Source of the DNA: Paraspadella gotoi
Lineage: Eukaryota > Animalia > Chaetognatha
Reading direction: 5' to 3'
Assembly: GCA_051294375.1 (NCBI GenBank)
Contig: CM119265.1
Coordinates: 28,615,248-28,679,247 of the forward strand
Length of the DNA stretch: 64,000 nt
A program made the translations under genes and the position numbers. Positions 25,077 to 37,770 of this stretch are shown here, one piece after another (positions within the stretch are counted from its first letter, which is position 1; each line of letters opens with the position of its first letter). The notes under the pieces are model-generated. The model made no database searches, was not told the DNA's origin, and was given only the letters and a program-made list of their open reading frames with translations.

Positions 25077-25379
25077 AAGGCGTAGTGAAAGTTACATTAA
25101 ATTGTAAAAAAAATTAATTTTATGTTTTTTATTTTTTGCAGTAGGCGAATATATATAGTATATATATATACTATATATATAGTACTATCCTTATAAAATC
25201 GAAAAATTTTCAAAATAGGGGTTTTCTTTATTTTGATTGCAGATTTGAATTCCTCGTCAAAGTGGATAAAAGAAATATAAATCATTTTTAAAAATCTTTC
25301 ATTAAGTGGGTAGACATTGTGTTTTTTTATTTTAACATTGTTGTACATTTCATAATGTAATATATTTTAAGGCACTGTC

Positions 25380-25415
<36 letters not shown>

Positions 25416-25515
25416 CAATTTTTCTTTCACAAACTATCTCTGTCCTCACCTTCACCTGTCCCTAATAAAAAACTGAACCATATCCTTTCTCTCAAACTCT
25501 GTGTTGGAAACTTTG

Positions 25516-25553
<38 letters not shown>

Positions 25554-26020
25554 ATGCACAAAATTCTCTTCAAATTCACAAATTGAATTGGCGCTGAAGA
25601 AGACTCGTATGTGAGTCGAAACATGTCCGTTTCACTATGAAATAAAAATCGTTGTTAAATCTCTCTTCAAACTTTGTTCTAAATTAAGTGGCGTTAAAAA
25701 TTAAAAAAAACTATATTTAATATATAAAAAGTTAATTTTCAGTTTATAATATAGCTTTTCTAATTTTTGACCAACTTAATGAAGGATTTTCAAAAAGAGT
25801 TCTATTTCTTTTTATCAACTTTTTATGACGAATCCGAATCTGCAAAAAAAATCTTTAAAAAAACTGTTTTGAAATTTTAACATTTATTGGTTTAGTACTA
25901 GATATAAATATGGCCTACTGCGTAAATTGTAAAATTTATTATAAATTTTTTTTATTACATAAATGTTCATTAATATAATGTTGTTGTTCCTCACTTTTAG
26001 AATTTAATAATTAAATTAAA
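25077..26020. mobile_element. TAAGGCGTAGT MITE interrupted by a Penelope fragment (~25312-25690)
   Basis: Left TIR and body match 32077-32689; the insert is flanked by a repeated ATTAAGTGG. Confidence 0.65.
25588..25634 (+). ncRNA. Minimal hammerhead ribozyme in a Penelope-like pseudo-LTR
   Basis: GGCG-CTGAAGA-AGACTC..GAGTC-GAAA-CATG-TC-CGTT. Confidence 0.7.
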
Positions 26021-26511
26021 TTATGTTAATAAATATATATATAATATATATATATTATATATATATATATATTATATATATATATATATATAATATATAT
26101 CATATCTCACCAGACGTTACTATCAAAGAAATTAATAAAAAATCCGAAAAAAAAGGAATGATTAATGCGATAATGAATTATTGATGAAATAATAATAGAT
26201 TGATGTAATAGTATTGATTGAGCTAATAGTGATTTATTGATGATAACCAAAAATTTATGTTGATGTAACCAATTTTTGATAAAATAGTAATTGGTTGATG
26301 TAATAAAGATGATGTAAAAATAATTGATTATTGATGAATTATACTAAATGATTGAATATGATGTATGATAGTCATTTATGATGAGATGATAATCATTCAT
26401 TGATGCGATGATAGTCATTCATTGACGCGATGAATCGTAAATAAACAAACAAATGCGTGTATGAGTGAGAAAGAGAGAAAAGAAGAAAAAAAAAGAAAGA
26501 GAAAGAAAACT

Positions 26512-27790
26512 AAGTTTGAGCAAACAATGTCGGATCTGCCTACGAAAATTAATTAATTAATTAATTAATCGAATAATTAATTAATTAATTAATTAATTTT
26601 AATATTTAATTATAAATTTTATACAGCTTATCATCATCGATGTCCTTAAAATAAAGTAAATGGGACTTATATTTTTTCCATTTAAACTCATTTCCACTGG
26701 CACAATTTCGTCAAAACTTTATATCTAGCTTCTTCACAAACTTTCCTTCCCGCTCACAAAATTTCATCTCAATCTATTATGGGTTAAAATAAGTAAAAAA
26801 GATCATGTAAATGTGACTCATATTTTTTTCATTTAAACTCATTTCCACTCGTACCGAAACTTTATATCAAGCTTCGTCACACATTTTCCTACCCACACAC
26901 AAAAATTTGAACTCAATCTATCCATGCAATTATGATTAATTAGAGTATTTAGTGGTTAAAATAAGTAAAAATATTTTAGTAAATTCGACTTATGTTTTTT
27001 CCATTTAAACTCATATCCAATCACACGATTCCGTCGAAACTTTATATCCAGCTTCATCACACATGTTCCTACCCATACACAAAATTTAATTCCGATCCAA
27101 CCAGCCAATCACGAGTTATTGGGGCTTTTTGCTAAGTTGGGACGGATGGACGGATTGATTGACTGATTAATTAATTAGTGATTAATTAATTGACTAATTG
27201 ATTAATTAACTGATTAATTATTTGATTTATTAATACATCCTGCATATACATTTAATATAAAACGAAAAAAAATCATAATCAATTAGTGAAACAGGTTTTT
27301 TGTTTTTTTCCATTTAAACTCATTTCCACTGAAACGATTCCATCGAAACTTGGTTTCCTGTTCAATCACACACTTTCCTACCCACATACATAATTCCAGT
27401 TAAATCGCCCCATCCACTCATAAGCAATTGGTGTTCAAATAGTGAATTATATTTTTTTGTTTTTCCATTTAAACTCATTTCCACTCGGACGATTCCATCG
27501 AAACTTTATATCCAGCTCAATCACACACCTCCCTACCCACACACAAAATTTCATTCAAATCCATCCATCCAATCACGAGTAATTGGTGTTTTTTGCTAAG
27601 GTGGGACGGACGGATGGATGGACGGACAGACTGACGGACGGACGGACATCATTTTTTTTGCATAATTTATCATAATTCGATGTTCTGACTTGATATAAGT
27701 TAGTGCCCGACAATATTGAGGGGGCGGACCGACGGACCGACAAAGTGAATTTTAGAGTCGGGATCTGCTGATAAGCAGATCCGACTAAAA
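26512..27790 (-). mobile_element. DINE-1/HINE-like element
   Basis: Family termini and tandem core. Confidence 0.75.
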
Positions 27791-27886
27791 GGAGAAGTCT
27801 AGCCACTGCAGAACTAAACTCGTTTTTATATGAATCAGAAGAGGCAGAGCCTGACAAAAAATATATATATATAATTTAAAAAGATA

Positions 27887-28135
27887 AACAAGTTTGAGCA
27901 AACAATGTCGGATCTGCCTACGATAATTAATTAATTAATTAATTTATCGATTAATTAATTAATTAATTTTAATATGTAATAATTAATTTTAAATTTATAT
28001 TCAACTTATCATCATCGATGTCCTTAAAATTGGGTTAAGACAGTTATTAAATATGTTTTGTTTACTTTTTATCAAAACAAACAAATATCCTCTATTTTAT
28101 TTTATGTCTCCTTCTCTCTCTCTCTCACTCTCTCA

Positions 28136-28169
<34 letters not shown>

Positions 28170-29107
28170 TTTTATGCAATTGCGACGATCTTTATGCTTT
28201 TAAGACTCTTTTAACTTGCATAATTTTTTCACATTAATTAATTAATTAATTAATTAAAACATTTATTAGTAATCATTAATATTAAAGATTCAAGAAATGT
28301 GACTTATGTTTTTTCCATCTAAACTCATTTCCACTGGCACAATTCCGTCAAAACTTTATATAATTATTATATATTAATAAATATTTAAAAGCTTCAGCTG
28401 CAAAAACCCAATAGAACTAAATTCAAAAGTTACATTGAAAATCGATTTAATCGTAAAAGGAAAAAAAAAAATTTAAAGAGAACTAGAAGTTATTAAAAAT
28501 GTTCAATTTTTGGCCCGCCTTATTAGATATATTGCATGTGATTAAACAATGTTATCGGAATAATAATTTTATCAATTTTATGTGTATTTGTTAAGTATTT
28601 TAAGTATTTATTCAGTGAGTAAAATTTAAAAACTTTTTATTTGCTAATTTTAATCTCAGNNNNNNNNNNNNNNNNNNNNNNNNNNNNNNNNNNNNNNNNN
28701 NNNNNNNNNNNNNNNNNNNNNNNNNNNNNNNNNNNNNNNNNNNNNNNNNNNNNNNNNNNNNNNNNNNNNNNNNNNNNNNNNNNNNNNNNNNNNNNNNNNN
28801 NNNNNNNNNNNNNNNNNNNNNNNNNNNNNNNNNNNNNNNNNNNNNNNNNNNNNNNNNNNNNNNNNNNNNNNNNNNNNNNNNNNNNNNNNNNNNNNNNNNN
28901 NNNNNNNNNNNNNNNNNNNNNNNNNNNNNNNNNNNNNNNNNNNNNNNNNNNNNNNCATATTTTTTTAATTTAAACTCATTTCCACTCGTACATTTTCCAC
29001 CGAAACTTTATATCAAGCATCGTTATACATTTTTCTACCCACACAAAAAATTTGAACTCAATCTATCCATCCAATTATGATTAATTAGAGTACTTATTGG
29101 TTAAAAT
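27887..29107 (-). mobile_element. DINE-1/HINE-like element, partial, spanning an N gap
   Basis: Closely matches 18078-19410. Confidence 0.7.
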
Positions 29108-30307
29108 ATGTTTCATATTGAATCAAGTATTTTTTGTTTCAACTTTCACTTTATTATTATTTACTGCAATATGCAAATTATAATATAGTACTCACTATAA
29201 TATGCAAATTATTATATAGAATACTATAATCTAATTTGTATATTACAGTAAATCATATTGAAGAAAAAATTCATAAAAGATACTTGAATCAATATGATTT
29301 TAAAAGACCTTTTTTCTGAGAAGCTATATTTAAATTTTAATATAAATAAAAATCTACACTTTTATTACTTTCAATTGAAAAAAATTGTAACAATTTCCAA
29401 TTGTAAACAGTTGTAACAAATTTTTATCTTTTTATATTCTTTTAAATTATATATATATTTGTCTTTTTTTGTCAGGCGCTGATTCTGATTCTGATTCGTT
29501 TAAAAACGAGTTCAGCTCTGCAGCGGTTGGACTTCTCTTTTTCTTTCTCTCTCTCTTTCTTCTCTTTCTCTTTTTTTTCTTTCTCACTCATACACGCATT
29601 TGTTTGTTTCATTTACAATGAATGATTCCTCGCGTCAATGAATAACTATGATCGCATCAATGAATAACTATCATCGCATCAATGAATGATTATCATTACA
29701 TCAACGAATGACTATCATCGCATCAATCATTTGGTTATCATCACATAAATCATTTGGTTATCATTCCATTAACTATTGGTTATCAATATTTGGTTAGCAT
29801 CGCATCAATAAATTACTATTACATCAATCAATTACTATTATATCAATCGATTACTATTTTATCAATATTTCATTATCGCATCAATCATTTATTTTTTTCC
29901 GGATTTTTTTATTAATTTTCTTTGATAGTAACGTCTGATATATTTATTTCTGATAATTTTAAAAAATTATAGTGGATAACTAGATATCCTAAGGGATAAC
30001 TATACGTTTGGATTAACCTAGATACCTAAATCAAAATGCTAAAGTTATTAAAAAATAGAATGAATAAATAAAGTAAAATAAAATAAAATTTTAAAAAATA
30101 TAAATTTGAAAAAAAAAATTACATTTCTTATTAAAAATATATTACTACTGCTTTGAGCCATTTTTAAAAAAAATGGTCCATTGAAAGTTTCTTCAGAAAT
30201 GTATAAAGTTTTATTTGGGAAGGTTCACAAATGCAATTGCTGAACTACCCCAATGGCCTAAATAAGCCCTATTTTAAACCACTTGACCAATTACAGATCT
30301 GCTCAAA

Positions 30308-31828
30308 AACAAGTTTGAGCAAACAATGTCGGATCTGCCTACGATAATTAATTAATTAATAGATTAATAAATTAATTTTAGATTAATTAATTAATTAATA
30401 GATTAATTAATTAATTAATTTAAATAATTAATTAATAAATTAATTAATTAATTAATTTAAATAATTAATTATAATTTATATTCAGCTTGTCATCATCGAT
30501 GTCATTAAAATTGAGTCAGGACAGTTATTAAATGTTTTGTTTACATTTTATCAAAACAAACAAATATCTTCTATTTTATTTTATGTCTCCTTCTCTTTCT
30601 CTCTCTCTCTCACTCTTTCTCTCTCTCTCACTCTCTCTCTTTCTCTCTCTCTCACTCTCTCTCTTTCTCTCTCACTCTCTTTCTTTCTCTCTCTCTCTCT
30701 CTTTTTATGCAATTGCATCATTTTTTCAACTTGCATCATTTTTTCAACTTGCATTCCGTCAAAACTTTATATCTAGCTTCTTCACTCACTTTCCTACCGG
30801 CTCACAAAATTTCATCTCAATCTATCATGGGTTAAAATAAATAAAAAGATTCAATTAAATGTGACTCATATTTTTTTCATTTAAACTCATTTCCACTGGT
30901 ATGTTTCCACCGAAACTTTATATCAAGCTTCGTCACACATTTTCCTACCCACACACAACATTTCAACTCAATCTATCCTTCCAATTATGATTAATTAGAG
31001 TATTTATTGGTAAAAATAAGTAAAAAGATTTTAGTAAATGCGACTTATGTTTTTTCCATTTAAACTAATTTCCACTCACACGATTCCATCGAAACTTTAT
31101 ATCCAGCTTTATCACACACTTTCCTACCCACACACAAAATTTAATTCCAATCCAACCAGCCAATCACGAGTTATTGGAGCTTTTTGCTATGGTGGGACGG
31201 ATGGACGGATTGATTGACTAATTAATTAATTATTTATTAATTTATTTACTAATTGATTATTTATTTGATTAATTATTTGATTTAATAATACATCCTGCAT
31301 ATACATTTAATATAAAAGGAAAAAGAAGCATAATCAATTAGTAAAACAGGTTTTTTGTTTTTTTCCATTTAAACTTATTTCCACTCAAACTATTCCATCG
31401 AAACTTGATTTCCTGTTCAATCACACACTTTCCTACTCACATACAAAATTCCAGGTCAATCAGCCCATTCACTCATGAGCCATTGGTGTTCAAACAGTGA
31501 ATATATTTTTTTTCCATTTAAACTCATTTCCACTCGGACGATTCCATCGAAACTTCATATCCAGCTCAATCACACACCTACCTATCCACACACAAAATTT
31601 CATTCAAATCCATCCATCCAATCACGAGTAATTGGTGTTTTTTGCTAAGGTGGGACAGACGGACGGACGGACGGACGGACGGACATCATTTTTTTTGCAT
31701 AATTTATCATAATTCGATATTCTGACATGATATAAGTTAGTGCCCGACAATATTGAGGGGGCGGACCGACGGACCGACAAAGTGAATTATAGAGTCGGGA
31801 TCTGCTGATAAGCAGACCCGACTAAAAA
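30308..31828 (-). mobile_element. DINE-1/HINE-like element inserted in the Tc1 left TIR
   Basis: Family termini; inserted in an A-run. Confidence 0.75.
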
Positions 31829-32076
31829 GTTTAAACTTTGAACTTCCTACTATCTCGCTTGTTTGTCGTCTTATTAATGAAATCTTGGGTTCATATAAAA
31901 GCCAAGACAAATATCTTTCATTCGAGCCCATGACGAGGTTTTTAGGCTAAATATTCTAGTAGCAGTGCTAAAATAAAAAAAAGGATCAAAATTTTGTTTT
32001 ACAGTTTTTTTTTTTTGCGAAAAAAATTTTTTATCCATCTTTTTTATGTTTTTTTATTTTTTTTTACCATGGATAC

Positions 32077-32689
32077 TAAGGCGTAGTGAAAGTTACGTAC
32101 GAAAATTCTAAAGGTCAATTATGAACAACATACCATCAGTGAACATTAATTTATAAAAAAAATTAATTTTATGTTTTTTAATTTTCGCAGTAGGCTATAT
32201 TTATATATAGTACTATCCTTATAAAATCAAAAAATTTTAAAATAGGCTTTTCTTAATTTTGATTGCAGATTTGAATTCCTCGTCAAAAGTTGATAAAAGA
32301 AAATATAAATTATTTTTAAAAATTATTTCATTAAGTGGGTTAAAAATTTAAAAAACTATATTTAATATATAAAAAGTTAATTTTCAGCTTAAAATATAGT
32401 TTTTTCTAATTTTTGACCCACTTAATGAAGGAATTTTTTAAAAAGAGTTATATTTCTTTTTATCAACTTTTTATGACGAATCCAAATCTGCAAAAAAATC
32501 TTAGAAAAAAACTGTTTTGAAATTTTAACATTTATAGGATTAGTACTAGTATAAATATGGCCTACTGCGTAAATTGTAAAATTTATTATAAATTTTTTTT
32601 ATACATAAATGTTCATTAGTATAATGTTGTTCGTTCCTCACTTTTAGAATTTTAATTAAAGTTAAATTTAGAAATTTTACTACGCCTTA
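32077..32689. mobile_element. MITE with TAAGGCGTAGT TIRs and 8-bp TSD (hAT-like)
   Basis: TSD ATGGATAC at 32069-32076 and 32690-32697. Confidence 0.85.
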
Positions 32690-33542
32690 ATGGATACTTC
32701 AAAACAGCTAAACCCCAAAAAGAAAGCTACAATTTTTGAGCTTTAGAAAGCGGGTTTGTCAAGATATAGGATTGCCAAACAGCTTTATTTCTCTCATTCA
32801 GCCATCTGCAAAGTTGTCAACAAATTTGAAGCAACTGGAAACCTTGGACGAGCTGTTGAAAGCAAGCAGCCTTGCATGTCCACGAAGAGCAAGGATGATG
32901 ATTTAGAAAGTCTTGCAATTCAAGACCATAAGGCTTCTGCAAGCCAGTTGAGAAAAAATGGAGAGAAGAAGAATTGTTACCAGTCATTTAACAGTGAATG
33001 GTCGGCTTTTTATGGAGGATAGAGCTCCTGGATACGAAGCCAAAGCCCCCAAAAATTTTCATGAGGAAAACGGGATGGACTGCAACATCATCAAAAATGT
33101 CTGGTCATGGATGAAAAGGGACATTTTGCAGTACAACGCAATGACAGTTGACAAAATCAAGAAAATTTTAAAACACATTTGGGGAAGGTGAACCCTTCAT
33201 ATTTGCCCAGCCTCTACGACTCTCTTCCTTGTCTCATAGAAACGGTGCTGGAAGCAAATAGTGGTCCGACAATGTATTAACTAACTGAGTCTTAAAAAGT
33301 ATTATTTTCCTTCAAATAACGAAATAAAATGCTTTTATCATAACTATTAACTTTTTTTTGAGCAGATCTGTATATTAATATTTACAATTATATATATTGA
33401 TTTAAAAAAAATTATATATAATTTTAAAAAATATTCTCATAGAGCGTCTGGATATCAAAGTTTTTTTTCCACATGAGTGTATTTTACATAATAAAGCCTC
33501 ATTTTAAACTTAATTTGCAATTTTTGTACAGCGGTGACAAAC

Positions 33543-33985
33543 CTTGTTGCCCCCATTTGGTTCCCCAATCCACAGAAATCAACCATTTCCGTAAGAGCGA
33601 AAATTCTCAACAGAACCAAAGGAGTTAGAAGAATGAACCAAAAAGAACCTCTGAACGCCCAGATGTAGATGACGTAAATGTTGACGACTACTCCACTGAT
33701 TCCCGCAACCACGCCGCTGATCCCGATTGGAGTCGCCAGAACGTCGCGAGCTTTGACCGCCGTGGTGGCCAAGCTCAAACAAGAAAGGCTGAAGGAACCT
33801 ATGGTGGTGTAGTCGCTTATTGCCCAAAAGCAAGAATGATGAATAACGTATTCATTGAAGGATCCCATTGCACATTGACATTGCTCAAGCAACTTTATCA
33901 TGGTTCCGTTTTCGCCGAATCGATACAAACTGTATCCACTTTGAGGGAAAGAATTAACCCGAGTTAAGCGCTCCATCCAATTGAA
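33543..33985 (-). CDS. XKR: XK-related protein, exon 2
   Basis: SFSLSCLSLA and LLRIFAL resemble XK SxxSL and RxxA segments; donor AAG|GTTTGT; acceptor uncertain (TTTTCTG at 33986 or GAG at 33971, both phase 0). Confidence 0.65.
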
Positions 33986-34648
33986 CAGAAAATTACATTA
34001 ATAATTTTAAATACCACTAGGTAGTTGTGATATCTTTATTCTAGAAGTACTACTGGGTGGAATACTTTTACTTGGCCATAAACCCTTAGAGCAATACCTC
34101 GATCACCACTCAATTCATTTCTTAGTTTGGAATCAGCTTTTGATTTATTTAGCCTATATTTTATTTTTCCTTTTATGACTTATGTTTTTTCCATTTAAAC
34201 TCATTTCCACTCGCACAATTCGATCAAAACTTGATATCTAGCTTCTTCACACACTTTCCTACCCGCACACAAAATTTCATCTTAATCTATTAATTCAATT
34301 ATGATTAATTCGAGTAATTATGGGTTAAAATAAGTAAAAAGATTCAAATAAATGTGACTCATATTTTTTTCATTTAAACTCATTTCCACTCGCACGTTTC
34401 CACCAAAACTTTATATCAAGCTTTGTAACACACTTTCCTACCCCCTCACAAAATTTCAACTCAATCTATCCATTCAATTATGATTAATTAGAGTAATTAT
34501 TGGTTAAAATGAGTAAAAAGATTTTAGTAAATGCGACTTATGTTTTTTCCACTTCAACTCATTTCCACTCGCACGATTCCATCGAAACTTTATATCCAGC
34601 TTCATCACACACTTTTCTACCCACACACAAAATTTCATTTTAATCCAA

Positions 34649-34693
34649 CCAGTCTCTTCGAAGGTGTGGGTTCGAATCCCACCACTGCCACCA
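34649..34693 (+). pseudogene. 3' half of tRNA-Leu including CCA (retrocopy)
   Basis: CCAGTCTCTTCGAAGGTGTGGGTTCGAATCCCACCACTGCCA+CCA matches the variable arm, T arm and acceptor of eukaryotic tRNA-Leu(AAG/TAG) as I recall it. Confidence 0.7.
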
Positions 34694-34892
34694 CATTTAA
34701 GTAAGTGGACAGAGATTTCAACATGAAACCAAAGTGGATTTTATTCTTAGAAAAGTCACAAGCAAAGACGGTGTCAGAATTTAAGACAGGATTCAATACA
34801 AAATGGTCTGGTATTTATGCAATACAATTGGATCAACACGGGCTCGTTTCCCGATGGCATGAAGCCTCTCTTCTCCCGTTTCGATGATGATT
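34694..34892 (+). mobile_element. CR1/L2-like LINE 3' end
   Basis: AKTVSEFKTGFNTKW resembles CR1-type ORF2 termini; ends in a (TGA)n tail. Confidence 0.5.
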
Positions 34893-35182
34893 CATCCAAT
34901 CACAATCAGTCCATGGTAAATTTTATCCAAGTCGCCGATCCGGTTCCATATTTTGGTTTTGATTTCATCCGCGATGCAATCACGAGTTATTAGAGCTTTT
35001 TGCTAAGGTGGGACGGACGGACGTTAAAATATCGATTGCGACGATAAAAAATTCAAACTTTATATAGTAATAAAATAATCTTTAAATGCTTCCGTGCGCT
35101 AATCAATAAGATAAATTTTAAAAATTGTTTTTATTTTCATTATTTATTTATTATTTATTTGAGAGAATTTCTAGTTTTCAAC

Positions 35183-35830
35183 CTGTTCCGGCCTAGTAAA
35201 GAGTGACGAAGTCGATTTAACAAGCCACTCAGGATACAAAGCCCCTAAAGTCCGTTGAATGATGCTCCACGCCTTAAGCAACGAAGGTGGTCCCGCTATT
35301 CTTAAATAATACATAGTTACTTTTCTTTGCTTGACTCGGTTTAAAACTAACTGTCCATTCGCCAAGCACTGCTCTTGCGTGCCGCTGGTCAAAGAAACGA
35401 CAGTGGCCGTGGCTTGCACAAGTAATTGTGGAAACGATTCCATCAGATTGTGCAGCTGTTCCAATGATGCGAGGCCAAGTAATTTTGTTTGCATCGACGT
35501 TGCATCTTCAGGACGCCGGGTATCCAGGTAGTGATCGATATTAAAGAGGACGTTGCCTAGTCCCGTAAGGGCGATGATTAATGTTGCCATCCTTCGCCAG
35601 GGGCCTTTCCACAGGCGTGTATACAGCGGCGCTTCTTTCATCAAGTAGCGCCAGGTCCAAACGCAGGAAACGATACTGTGCGTTACCAAAACGCCGGTCA
35701 TTATGGCGCCAAGATATCGCTCGACGTAAAAAGTCTTTCTTAAAAATGTAATCGTTGTCTGAATGTCGGTAAACACGTCGGCCACGTTGAGAGAGACGAC
35801 GAAGATCAAGAAAATCGGAGGCACTTCCAT
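35183..35830 (-). CDS. XKR: XK-related protein (scramblase family), exon 1
   Basis: ADVFTD and ESFPQLLVQ are XK-family hallmarks; phase-0 donor CAG|GTTGAA. Confidence 0.8.
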
Positions 35831-36354
35831 TTTTTTTTGATCAGCGGCGATAAAGAGAAGACGCGCAAAGTTCGTAGGAAAAAAATGATTTCTGAATTAA
35901 TGCATTTGATTAATTCCAAGTTTAGAGCTAATTCATTGACGCACTTAAAATTATTTTCTAAATTAGTAATGGTGTAGATGGCGCGATAAAAGTCACTTTG
36001 ACGCAGATAACAATAATAAGGTAATAACGAGCTTGTTCCAATTAATTAAATTTTCCTTTGGTAAGATTTCCAGAAGCAAATGGAGGTTGATCAAATAAAT
36101 CAGCAGATGGAAATAAATAGAACAAATCAGCTGACTTTATTAACTTAATTGTTCCTTTGTTTTACTATAACCAAAAGCTAATGTTGCAAAAAGATCAACT
36201 CAACTGTTCCAGTGGCGACTCTGTCTGGGTCACCGCTTGTGGCCAGGAAATCTGGTGTTCAAACCTACAACGGAACTATTAGATGGAAGAATTCCCTTAG
36301 TTGTCATGTTAATGGCAACCTCGGGGTAGATGAAACAAACCGGAAGGTTTAGCG

Positions 36355-36496
36355 TTTTTAGTCGGATCTGCTTATAAGCAGATCCCGACTCTATAATTCA
36401 CTTTGTCGGTCCGTCGGTCTGCCCCCTCAATCTTGTTGGTCATTAACTTATTTCATGTCAGAATATCGAACTATGATAAATTATGATAAATTATGC
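36355..36496 (+). mobile_element. 5' part of a HINE-like element split by the Penelope insertion
   Basis: Resumes at ~45460 with a repeated TGATAAATTATGC. Confidence 0.7.
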
Positions 36497-36628
36497 TATT
36501 TGAAATTAAAGACGAAGTCTTGTTACATCAACAATTTTATTTTATGGTACAGACAAGTTTCGGCTTTCATTCAAGCCTTCATCAGTGCTTTGACAATTCA
36601 CAATTTTCATGTTTTCCAAATTGACTTT

Positions 36629-36665
<37 letters not shown>

Positions 36666-36890
36666 AATGGCCAACAAAGATGTGAGGCAGGACAGTGGTG
36701 AAATGTGAGGACAGGTTTAAGTTGGTAGAGAGAGAGAGAAAGTGAGGGAAAAGAAATTAAATTTCGTGAGTGAGGGAGAGAGAGAAAAGAGAGAGAGAGA
36801 CAGAGAAGCAGAGGTTAACATTTGGTAAGAAAAATTATATTAGATAATGTACAACAATAGCAAATTTAATAAATAAGTAAACAGACTTAA

Positions 36891-37770
36891 GGGGACCAAG
36901 TGAACAGGGGGGGGGGTAAAAAGCTGAAAACATAACGTTTGACCCTTTAACTTAAGCTGGTTCTGACCATATATTTTTTCTTCTATAATCATTTGGGAAA
37001 GTAGTTAAAAAATTCGATGAAATCAGCGAGCTTAATTTTCTTTAAAAAATTGGTAAGAAGAAAATCTTTTTCAAGTTAAAAATTTTTTTTCTAAAAAAGA
37101 GTAAGATCTAATTTTAAAAAGGTTTTCAGCTTTTATCACAAAAATTTATAAGAAAAAAAAACTAGGAATGATTCAAAATTTAAGATATCGACTGATTTTA
37201 TTTAAACTTTCTTTTCAAATGATTCTGTTAATTTGATGAAAATAAAACTCTTTGAAGTAATATAAATATAAAAGAAGAGAAAGATTCTGTACTTTAGCTA
37301 AATTTTTAATTGTTATAATTAGGAATCAATATAGTTTAATAATATATTTAAGAGATGAATATGAATAATAATTAATAATTATTACCGTTTTGTTTCTGTA
37401 AGAATAAAATTTAGGTTTGATTTGTCTGCTTTTAAGTAAATATAAAAATAAAAAAATATTAGTCTTGTAAAGCCTTTGTTCAATGAGGCTTAAACCTAAA
37501 ATTGTAGCTTTGTACAGTAAAATATAAAAAATTGGAATTTAGTGAAAAAATATTTCTATTGCAAAAATAAAATAATGGATTATATAAATATTTAGGTAAG
37601 GTCAACTAAATTTTTTTTTTCATAATTATTAAATTTTTGTTTCGCTACAATAAGAGATAGGAATTTTTTTGCCACTTTCGCGTGCAAAGAAAAATTAATG
37701 ACTATCACCATTCAAATTCCTTTGATGATAGACCCTTAAGCTTATGATATCATTTTTATCACTGGGTCCC
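36891..37770. mobile_element. Non-autonomous DNA transposon, Kolobok-like
   Basis: TTAA|GGGGACCAAGTGA...TCACTGGGTCCC|TTAA: TTAA TSD with RR..YY ends. Confidence 0.65.

Larger units (their letters stand above)
26110..29937. mobile_element. Element with ~500-bp inverted arms (foldback/long-TIR type) hosting HINE insertions
   Basis: 26110-26510 plus 27790-27885 is the diverged reverse complement of ~29420-29937 (CAGACGTTACTATCAAAG termini); no clean TSD. Confidence 0.55.
30294..33370 (+). mobile_element. Defective Tc1/mariner transposon with nested HINE and MITE
   Basis: TA-CAGATCTGCTCAAAAA...TTTTTGAGCAGATCTG-TA; transposase remnants at 32690-33280 (HTH RIAKQL..SHSAICKVVNKFEATG; DCNIIKNVW like DLNPIENVW). 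Confidence 0.8.
34175..35022 (-). mobile_element. Partial HINE-like element (tandem core) with nested insertions
   Basis: Family tandem units and GGACGGACG end. Confidence 0.65.

Noticed and set aside
28641-28973. ORFs over the N run
   Set aside because: Assembly gap.
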